From contig NC_087245.1 of the NCBI RefSeq assembly GCF_037042905.1, forward strand, positions 14,510,001-14,574,000: a stretch of DNA of 64,000 nt, in the 5' to 3' direction. Of this stretch, positions 15,101 to 27,100 are shown one piece after another; within the stretch, counting starts at the first letter, position 1; every line of letters starts with the position of its first letter. The position numbers were made by a program, and so were the translations under genes. Below the pieces are notes generated by a model. That model was not told the DNA's origin and did not search any database. It was given only the letters and a program-made list of their open reading frames with translations. This DNA is from Lytechinus pictus. Its lineage: Eukaryota.

Positions 15101-18100
15101 GCCAGTCCAACCTCGGATAAATAATTCCCACTATACTTTCTCAAAGCCTGATATATTTGTATAATAATTTGTCTTGATGGTTGTGTGGTCTAGAGGTTAT
15201 AGCGTTGGACTCATGACTGAAAGGTTTGAATCCCAGCTTGACAATTATCTCCACTTTAACCAAAATGGCCCAACAGTATTATATATCATGTCATCCATAA
15301 GGTCAGCCAACTATGACTGATTATCATAGACATAAAATGTTTCCTGTATGTAATTGGTTACATATAACAGCTTGGCATTAATGTGGCAGAAAGCTGTTTT
15401 GCCAAGTTCTTGCGGGAGTTACTTCAACAGAACAGAAAAAAGTAGATGAGCTTACCTTCATCGTATTTACATAAGAATGCATACTGAGCCGAACAGTTCT
15501 CAGCCATCAGGACCCCTGTATCAATGTCAAGGTAGACACAGTCCTTGTCATCTGTATTTCCTGCTGGTGTGTTCCATGTTTCTCTAGTCCAATCCAAGCA
15601 AGTCGACCACGTGAAGTCTCCCTCAGTCTCAGAGTCAGACATTCCTTTAGGGATGATAATAAACATACACCATTGGTATCATCAGCATAGCATGTTTGTT
15701 TTTGTTTTTTTTTAATTGTTGTTGTGACCACTCACCTCAAAATCCACACTAAGTTCCTGGACTATAATCTCAGTATTAAGCCAAAATAGTCAATAAGTCT
15801 TCCAAAGATAAACATCCACAATTAAAGCTTACATGTATCTGAAAAAGAAAACTCTATAGAGGACATTTACACCAAAAATTTGAATATTGCAAATTCCAGT
15901 TAAATCAAGATAAAAGTATTTTGTTGAAGATTATCTGTCCAGACTGCTATTTTAACAGATCTAGCCCAAGCATGCAGATCTCATGCTTGAGTGTACCTCT
16001 AACTTCAGACCCCATTGTTCTTTAAATCGCTCCCTAAAATTTGTTCCTTTTAATCAAGTAAATGGGACTGCTACATACCGATCCATCCATCATCATCACT
16101 AAATGTTTGGAGGAAGGCTAATTCATTCTGATCAACAATGGTAACCAGGTCAGCTCCCAACTGACGACGACATTCGAAACTAGCTTCAGTCCAAGTCAAC
16201 TCATCTGAAGAGTAACGATAACAGAATCCATTTTCCGATCCCTCATAAAGACGAGGACAACCTGCGTGAAGAGAAAATGGATAGATTATCAGCTGAGCTG
16301 TTGCAAAAAGGGTTCAGTTTGACTTAAAGCGCTACTGTGAGTCGTTGTTGTGTAACACATCACTTGTTGAAATCATAAAGTTGGTTAGGGACAATTCATT
16401 TATCTGCTCCAATACATAAGTAAAATGACACCTTTTTACAAAAGATTTATTCAGAATGTCTTTCATCAGGACATACAACAAAATCACTGCCCTAGTATTG
16501 AAGGAATCAATTGTATATGGGGAAAACCCCATTCCTAATTCTGAAAAACCCAATTCTGAATAATATTACATAAGTGATGAGCAATAGGAGAGTCGCTCCT
16601 TATTTTGTCACAATCTTCTTACTTCATTGCCAATTTGAGATTCAATCGGTGATCAAAATGTTGAACAGCCATAACTGTAATATTCCTTGTCTAATCACTT
16701 TCAAACTCTCTTCATCTTTTATTTTAGTTAAATATTTCTGCTTTCACAAAGATCCTTTTAGTATTAATGTTGGATTTCCTTTTATTAGTTGCAGAAGAAT
16801 GCAATAATTTTGAACAAGATAATTGCAGGGCTGTAGCTAGGGCGGGGGAGGGGGGTTCCCTGGGTTCCGTGGAACCCCGTCACTCGCCAACAAAAAAAAG
16901 AAGAGTTTTCTTGGTATTCGCTCAGAATGTGTATCGGAAAAAGGTTCACTTTTTTTCATATTCAGGATCCCCCCCATAAGAATTCCTGGCAATGGCCCAG
17001 AATTAGAAATACATTTATCTAATACGTGATGATGGATGATTTTGTTGAAAAGATAAAGAAAGGGGACAATCCTTACCAGTCGTTTGAGCTGAAGTTTCGA
17101 GAGGCACAACACCTGTGAAGGAAAATGATAATGTTTCCAGTCGGAATGTATAGAACATTCCCTTGCTTAAACCATCAACCCTCAATTCACTTGTTTCTCC
17201 ATCCTCGACGTCTATCTCTGACAAGGGCGTTGTTTCTCCTGACTTGAAGACAGAAACTTTGTATCCTGTGATGTCACAAAATTGGGCAGGAGGGCTCCAT
17301 GTAAGGTCTACTGTTGTCTCGTTGATGGGTGTTCCCCGGAAAAAACGAGGAGTAACATCTTCTGGGTCCGAACCTAGGGCTGCAAAATAAAATAAATACA
17401 GGAAAATAGTTTATTTGATGGAAAGGTATTAATCATTTGTTTTAAAATGTGGCATTTGCTACATTAATGTACTGGGCCATGCAAATGGTCTGTGAGAGAA
17501 TCTGATCAGTACTATGAGATGCATGATTGACAAGACATATAGACCAGGTTGTGTGAGACATCAAGGGCAGCACGCTAGCCCCAGTACAGCCCACTTACGC
17601 TACATCATGTACATTCTAGAATAGCATTAAAAGTGCATAATATCTACTCACATCGGGCTGTTGCTTCACAAATGTATCCTACGGGGCTGCTGCAGTTTGC
17701 ATCGTTCCATAATCCAGTCGTATCCATGGTAACACAGTTTTCATTGGGATCCTTAGGATGATCTCCACCATCCCAGTTACGGTAGGGGGGTCGGACACAC
17801 TCGTACGTCCATAAGAATTCTCCTTCTTCCACTACATCATACAGTCCTGTGAAGGGGAGGGAAAAAAACCCATGCATTAAAAAGTAGGATTGTTCCTTTA
17901 ACCACTTTTAAATATGGCCGTAAGTTTAATGATCCTATTAAGAAAACAATGAGAGCTGGTTCATGGCATGATTCTACCGATTAATTCCTTATTAAAGTGA
18001 ACTGGTTTCAATGTTCTTGTCAGTCTTGATGGTACAAAAGCAGTTCAATAAAAATGAACAAAAAGTGATATGGTGCTGTTTTGATTTGATATCAATTCAT

Positions 18101-21100
18101 AGATGTTCATTGAAATTCCTGGACAGACATCACTCTAACTTTGTCACTCTCTATTCAGGGGATGTGTCATTAACTCTTTCAACGCGTACTTTGCACCGAT
18201 GCACGATCGGTGCCGCGCGAACTTCGCATTTCACGCTCAGACATTCAGTCCATTGTATTTGTGCGAATTGTGTTGATTTTCCCAGAGGTGGTGGTTTTCG
18301 TTCAGCTTTTGTTATTATCTACACTCACATGGCTTTCGTATGCGGTCGTTTCACCATAGATTTACATTGCAAATTTTGTAGAAAAACACGTTTTTTTACA
18401 GCTCTTTTAGTATTGTCATCATGGCTCCAAGGAGGTTATTTTCCGTAGATGAAGCTCGTGAACTTATGCTGGCGGGCTCTCCAGAGTCACCTGCTTTTGT
18501 CATGGATTCAGATTCGGAGCATGATGAGCCCATGTCATCTCAACGCTGTCCCACCCATAGCAATACAGGTGGTGAGTTGGATATCGATGAAGATGAACAG
18601 TTTACTCAAGATTCGGACAGTGAGATTGAGGATGATGATGAACAAGAGCAGAATGATGATGAACAAGTACATTCCTTCCTTTTTTCTGACTATCGTTCGT
18701 TCTTTCTTTTTTTCTTCCTCTCATCTATCATTTTACTTTACCTTTTCTTTCTTTCGTTTTTATTGCTTGCTTCCTTTCTTTCCTTCCTTCTTTGTGTCTT
18801 TCCTTCATTATTATGGTTATGTAGATTCTTATACACTAGCCTTTGAACATCCTTTACCATAATAGAATCATTTTTCTATGAAATTATGGATTATATACCA
18901 ATTTTTTATCATTATTTTCCCTCAAAATGTTGGAGTAAAAAGTTATAGCAAGTTGAAGTAAGCAAGTGTATTTTGTTTACTTCTCCTGATGCCTCCTTGA
19001 AAACAATTCAGCACAGAGGGGGTTCATGGCCCAGCGCACAAAGAGTTAAGCTGGTTTTAAGATCAACCTGAATATTATCATTTTGTGCAAATATTCCTGA
19101 AAAAACATGACTGTATTTCTAATACTAGTAATCTTATTTGAATTTTGAAGAAAAAAATGCACAAAAATATTTCTTTTTATTAAAATGCTTTTCTATATCT
19201 TCATGATGAATCTTTAACTGATGAAATGAAATAACCATTGATAATCTTAGAGTTGTTTTATACCCTATCAAGTATGGAAAAGCACTTTCAAATCACTTTA
19301 CATGTTCTATTCAAAATAACTTAATCCTTTCCAAAACAAATTGGTAAAATAAAATGGACATTTTCAATATATGCGGTAAATAAGTGTAATTTATACAGGA
19401 AATCTGCATAAACCATGGGTTCAAAAGATGGTTTTAAAAATCACCTTCGTGAATTCGGGCCCTAGAGTCTAGCCTTACCTATCCAGTAATCTCCAGAAGC
19501 AGGAAGCATGGATCCCAAGTACTCATTTTCCTCCATTGTCTCAATGTTCACAAGGTCTGCATCTTCTGCTACTCCACTGATACATTGGTCTCTGGCTTCC
19601 ACCCAGGACAAACTGGCTGGCATGATAGAATAACAGCTTTCTCCCAAGAAATAGTCATAGCCAGTTGGGCAATCTGGAAATACAAGGATGAGATGGAAAA
19701 TAATTCACTTACTAATAAGCATTTTTTATCCATATCATTCAAATGATGATAAAAAACTATGTTCATTGACCCTAAATGACATTTGACCTTGATCGTGTGA
19801 CCAAAGACTTGTGCAAGACGATCAGTAATACTTGATTACCCTTAATTAAGTCCACATTTCATGAACTAAATCTATAAACTTTCAAAGTTATGATGGCAAT
19901 TCAACAAATACCACCAACATGGCCAAAGTTCATTAACCTCGGTCATGTGACCTGAAACTCACGCAGGATATTCCTGATGCTTGATTACTCTTATGTCCAA
20001 GTTTCATGAACTAGATGACATTTAAAAAACTTAACCTTGGTTAAGATTTCGTTTCGATTCCCCCAACATAATCTAAGTTTATTGACCCTAAATGACCTTT
20101 GACTTTGGTCATGTGACCTGAAACTCACAAAGGATGTTCAGTGATACTTAATATACTCTTACATGTATGTCCACGTTTCATGAACCAGATCACTAAACTT
20201 TCAAAGTTATGATGGAAATCAACAAATATCCCCAACATGTCCAAAGTTCATTAACCCTAAATGACCTTTGACCTTGGTCATGTGACCTGAAACTCAAGCA
20301 GGATTTTCAGTAATACATGATTACCCTTATGTCCAAGTTTTATGAACTAGGCCAATATAGGTCCACATACTTTCTAAGTTATGAGGACATTTCAAAAACT
20401 TAACCTTCGGTTAAGATTTTGATGTTGATTCCCCCAATATGGTCTAAGTTCATTGACCCTAAATGACCTTTGACCTTGGTCATGTGAGCTCAAACTCTGG
20501 CAGGATGTTCAGTAGACTTGATAACCATTATGTCCAAGTTTCATGAACTAGGACCATATACTTTCTAAGTTATGATGACATTTCAAAAACTTAATCTTTG
20601 GTTAAGATTTGATGTTGACAATGCCACCGCCGTTGGAGAAGCTGCGCCTATAAAAAAAAAATGGATGAGAGAGGTGCATTCTCATAAGTATGTCTGAGTT
20701 GGTCATACCAACACCATGAATATCAAAAGTTGGCATCTCTGAAAGAGAAAAAGAGAGAGAAAAAAAATAGACAGGGATAGGGAGAAAGGAAATAGAAAAA
20801 TAAGAACGTGGAAGAGAAGAGAGAAAAAGAGGGAAATAAAGAGAAGGAAAATAAAAGGGTAGAACATGGCAAATACTGACCTGCAGTTGAGGCCAAGACG
20901 GATAAAGCTGTTCTATAGCTGTAACAACCATACGAGACTGTGCATGTTGTCAGTTCAAAGTGATAGGTGGTTGAAGTATTTAGTCCATTGATAACAATGG
21001 AGTTGGTCCTGGCCCCAAGAAGCTCTTCTTCCACATATTCACCAGGAACGCTGGTATTGTAACGGATCTAGATCAAACGGATACAAAACTATTAGTGCTT

Positions 21101-24100
21101 ATCCAATCAGGTTTATCAGTAAAATTCATAATAGATGATTAATAATTAATCATAATTATTGAGCCAGGGTTATGATGATAAATCAGATTTACATCACTGA
21201 AATGTGTCATTTATATTATGCTTTGACTAAGGGGGACAATGCCAAAACATAAAAAGATAGCTGTGAGTGCATTACTGCATGAGTCACACTTTTTAACTCC
21301 AAATATATAAACCGGTATATAAATATATATATTGAGCAGAAAGACACAGTGGATACAGAGAAAATTTTTTTTAAAAATCAGCTATTTCACAATTGGAGGC
21401 AAGAAAAAGAAGAAGAAGGAGAAAGACAGTGAAAGAAATCAACAACCACAACATCAATGACAAAGAAATTTTTAAAAAAAGGAAGAAGGGAGAGAAACAG
21501 GATGAGGAGAAGCAGAAGACAACCAATAATATAATAGAGCTTTTAATTTGCTCTTCTTTCCTTCATACCTTGTAACCTGACACATCACAGAGATAGTCAG
21601 ACACAGTAAACCTGAGATCAGCTTTGGTATATGATACTTCCTCGACTCTGAAGTTAGATGGATAGCAATCAGAATCCACATAGTCTGACAGACAAGACCA
21701 AAGAAATTGCAAAAAATATGTATTTCATTGTCAAATAACATTTACTTAATACACACTTCTGGGCCACGTCTTACAAAGAGTCGCGGTTGATCCGATCAAT
21801 CGCAACTATGGAAAGCCAGCAACATCAACATCTAAAATGCATGTTTGTTCAAAATATTTTCTAGATATGCTGTATATTCATGCACTCATCCTTTTCTTGC
21901 AAGTTCAGTGTGCTTCTCTTCGCTTACAAAAGACATTGAGGAAATTTCCTGCAAAATAAATTATGACATTGATGGATTTCCATAGAGTTATGGTTGATTG
22001 GATCAATTGTCCCTCTTTGTAAGACAGGGCCCTGGTGGGTGTAACATAAAGAATGACAGAAAAGACAACTCCATTTAAGAACTCCCAAAGGGCAGGTCTC
22101 CAAAGGAAACTCCCCTAGAGACAAATCTCCAATCCCAAGAAGAGTTGTCCTGTAGCATTGAAAAGGTAATTTCATATTTTTATCTATTATGATATTGAGA
22201 TCTTGATTCTTAATTGTGCTCATATGACCAGCTTTGACCAATATATATACTATATCACTCTTATAAATTATTCATCCAAGCATGAATCATCACCTTCCAT
22301 ACAACAGACATCATCTTGTGGCTCAACCTTCCAATCATTCCCCAGCCAAATAACAACTACTAACTCCAAAACAGCATAGGTCTGAGCAGTAGTGGGTCAT
22401 TTCAAATAGAAGACTCTCAGTAAATAGGTGCAGATATACGATGTTCACAGTACAGGGCTGTTATCGTTGAGAAAATTTTCTGTCAATATCATGCTAAAAA
22501 TATCTTACCAATATCGATAACTATCAACAAAAGAACATAATCAATACGCATTTTTTATGCATTATAGCGATGTCACATAATCGCGCCACTGTACCAAGAA
22601 CACTTTAAAATCTGCAATCATCGGATGTAAATGACTACATAACATCTTTAAACATTAAGCATTAATACATCCTCACCTTTCACGTTAATAGCATTACTTT
22701 AGGGTTGGATGAAGTTTTATAAAAAAATTTGGGTCTTTTCGGACAACGTTCTGAGCAGTCAACATTTTTTGCCTATCCGCCATTTTGATATCGTGCTGGA
22801 AATTTTTTAACGTAGAGGGCAGCAACACACGACTGTGTGCTAGCTGCCTTCTACATTAGTTCGTACTCTGAAAAAATTGAGCTTGCGCTTTTGATGTTTT
22901 CGATTCAATCGAATGGAGTCGACTGCGGTCAGTGTTTGGATTGTCACAATCTCAACCCCACTTCGCTATGATAATAGCGAAGTGGGAATGAGATTGTGTT
23001 TTGTGGCTAGTATTTTGTTGAGATTTTGGAGTAATTTCTGTTGCTGTTCTGTGCAGTTTGATATACGTTTTCCGTGATTTTCCCTTTGAAAAGCCACTTT
23101 CAAAGGGCTGTTTCCATGAATTCTGTGAAATCGGGGAAAATCACTGTGTCCCTACATAATAGCAGGTATTATCGACAACGAGAGAATAGTTATCGATATC
23201 GCTAAGTGGCAAAAAACAAGCAATTATCGATAGGACTAGCCATAAAGACGTTATCGATAACAGCCCTATCACAGTATTAATATTTTCATGGCTCTTCAAG
23301 TAATTCCCTATTTAGATCTCCTTGGCAATTTTCTCTTCAGCATTTCCTTTGAAAATCATGACCATCTGCATGTCTGTAATTGATATCAGTGACCAAATAT
23401 ATCCTATCCTTCAAGCTTTTTAAAAACCCAAGACTCACTCTTTCTTGTGATTTCACAGACATAGCTCCGATTGTTGCTACACATGTCGTCATTGTACTCT
23501 CCATCTTCGGTAGAGATGTAGGCACAGTGGTGGTCATCGGTGTTGTTTGGAGCACCAGTCTGCCAGTTACTATCACCATAGAAGGTGGACTCTTCGCAGT
23601 CCACCCACACCCATTCCCCGTTGATGGCCAGGTCATAGAAACCTGAAAGAATAAGAGAGCACGATTTCATCTGTGAGTTAGTAGACATTTTTACCAAAGC
23701 TACATGTAAATGGTACCAAGTCACAACATTCACAGTAGGTGGAATCGATGTATTTCAGATTCTATTGGAGAAACAGATAAGAGGCGTGAGCATCTGTCCA
23801 TAACAGATGGCAGTACAACATACCTATCCACCAATTCTCAGTCTCATTGGATTCCTGCATCGACCTGATCTTCTCTAATACATAGTCATTCTCATCACTA
23901 TCGCCGATCACCACCAGGTCACCATCGGCAACATCGTTACAGTCGTAGCGAGCATCTAACCATGAGGCTGGGGTCTTGACAAACTTGTAACAGGTTTCGT
24001 TTGCTGGGTCATACTCATACCCCTCTGGACAGTCAACTGGATGGGAAAAAATATGGACAATGGATAATTCTCATCTGTCTAAACTTCCCAAAGGAAAGAC

Positions 24101-27100
24101 AACACATAAACATTTTCAAAAAAAGCATATCTGTATGAAGAGGGGCCTCTATATATGTGAACATAATTGAATAAAGCTTTGTTTTCAAATTTGACTTTCT
24201 GTTTATTGATTTCCATTTCACAGTTGCTCATAATATGATAAACATTATCATAACAAAGTCAAAAATATTAGAAGACATCATATATTTCATAATGTTGCTT
24301 GAATTCTGAAGAGAAGAATAAGTGTGCCAAGACCTAAAAAATATACAAGAATATAAAATTTAACAGGCAATAATATTTTGACATTGAAAATGCCAATGGT
24401 GCCATGTCAGCACCACCATTAAATTTAGATGGGAGAGATTGCATTTCAGTCTTGTGTATTAAGATGTTTTCTAATTATTTTGATTCATTGTTTATCATTG
24501 AATATATATCCGTTTAATGCAGTTTGTGATTATTGATATAACTTGTTTGATAAGAGCTGTGCAGAAGAGGAGTGCTATTCAGACATGAGGAACCTTGACA
24601 TACTTTACTATCTGACAGAAAGATTCATGGTTTGGGGGATAACATGAACATTGATACTTCCTTTGGTAAATTTTTGCCTCTTTAAAAAACAATATTAAAA
24701 AAAGTGCATTTTCTAGATGATAATGTCCCTTAAAAGTATTCACACTTTCTTAGCAACCAGGTTAAAACAAAATCACCATCACCTTCACTATTAGTGAAAA
24801 TTCAATGTGATCAACAGAAATAAACCATAATCAAGTTATGGGTATGACGGTGAAAGATGGTGCATCATGTAATTACAAAACCCAATTATTCTTTACTTAA
24901 GGCTTGGTATCACAGCATTTCACTTTTCAATACTATTGAGAAATAGTGTAGCCCATTAAAAAAGAGCAAATCATATTCAAAGTCTCACAGAATTCTTGGA
25001 AGATGAGCTTGAATCCAGAGCTAGACATGGCGCTGTCTGTCTTGAAGCGGAGATTGAGACCGTTAAAGCGACTCACAACATCATCCGGAACTTCAGAACC
25101 AGTAAGTATCTGATATGATGTTTAGAAAACCCAAATAGAAAGTGATTGAAGTAGATTTCCAAAAATTACAAGGGATCATTATGCTATATGTTTGATATTC
25201 AGAAGGATTCATCAATCTTCTTTGCTATTGTAAATTCAACCATTACTCCTATAAAGTTACACTGTGTAAAAAAAATGGTATTAATTCACAACTTAACCAA
25301 CAATGCAATTATGTTTGGATCAATAAAGCATGAACCCTGAATGTAAAGATTTTTAAAATATGATATGATGATCAATTTATCTATGCCAGAATATGACCAT
25401 TCACAAATCTGCCATGTACGTACATTCCTTGAATGCTTTAGCGCCTATATGGCCGCTCAGCTACGCCGGGGTAATAATAATATACCAAGTATATTTCAGC
25501 GCCTTGAGCACATAATCAATGTGGATTTGGCGCTTTATAAATACTCTATATTATCATTATTATTACACATTGTATTTCAATTTATTCTGGGAAATATCTT
25601 GTAATTCCAACTACTAACTACAAGTACATAGTTATTAAGCACTTGATGATACTATACTTTCAGAGGATTTTTCGGGGCTTTACCTTTACACTAAATTGCA
25701 TATATTGAGAGCATATTGGTACTTTCGACTTATGTTTTACATAGTAACCAATTTGCTACCTAGAGCCATGTAATATTTGTATATCACCAAAGGTAAAAAG
25801 AAGATTTATTTGTCAATGGATTGAAAGTAGGGTAAAACTCACCAAGTAGGATGAATCCACATCATCCTCATCAGGGTTTGTTCCTCCGATGAGTAGCTGA
25901 TCGTGGCCATACTCCAAATCGAATTCCAAGAAGTGAAGACGTACTTGGAACCCCCCACGGACCTGAACGATCCACTGGCAGTCTGCATCATCAGGGTACA
26001 TTCCATGCAGACCACGGGGGGAATCAATCTCCCCGTAGCTCTCTAGGATGGTTTTAAGGATGCAAGCATCTGTGAAAAAAAATGAGATTACAGAGCGATC
26101 TCAGATTATGCTTTTGTTGCAGCACTTTGTAAGCCTTAGACCCTGCAATACCATTAGATATTCTTTGCTTGTGAATAACAATATGTTTAATAGAACATCA
26201 AAGATATCATATTCATAAACGTCATACTGTACAAGCAGAATTTTTGCTATGTTTATGTTTTCCCTAATTCCATGTGTTCTACATTGCACTATTTCTATTT
26301 CTGTATATCGCCATTGTGGCACATTAAAACAACACCGTGACATAAAAATAAAAACTCTTCAATTACTTCCAATGTAATTGATACAGATCTGATAAAGTTT
26401 GCAGCACCATGACAAACATTATCAGAAACAGATAAATTTTCAAAGATCAAGACAAAAACCATGTTTTCTTGTGTCCTAATGAAAATCTTTAAAGTTTGCA
26501 GCATTGCGACGAGCGCTAGCCAGAAAAAGGTAACTTTTCTAGAATTTTTTTTTTTTTATAGCCAAAAAAGGTAACTTTTCTAGAAAAAGATGTATATTTT
26601 TTTAAAAACTTACTATCATCCAATGACACTGAGATCTTGATGTCATCTCCTGGCATAAGATCCTCAGCAGAGAATACCACCCACATCTCTCCTGAATACG
26701 TTGAGAAGGTCTGATCCATGACATCCCGCGTGATGAGCTTCTGACGAGACCTAATATCCGTAGGATCCATCCCGGTTCCAATTTCAAAGACGTCATAGTT
26801 GTGTTCTAAAATACATGAAAGGTCAAATACTTTAGTTTTTTATACTTTATGGTAAACTGGCATCAGATATAGGATTACCTTCTACTGACATGCATAATCC
26901 AAATGGATGTTTAATTTACGTAAAAATAGTAGAATACGTTCAATGAGCCCAAGAGAAAAGATAAGAGTGTTAATGTGACAATCAAACGGTTTTGAGTTGA
27001 TAATTCTATCAGGAACAAAATTAGTATCTTCTTATTGTCTGAGCACCATGACTATTCCTTGGTAAATATAACTTCATTTAGACCTATCATCTCTTTATTC

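Noticed and set aside
18011..18862. Overlapping plus-strand ORFs as a nested host gene
   Set aside because: They lie inside the TTAA-flanked element; the hydrophobic tail comes from T-rich low-complexity DNA
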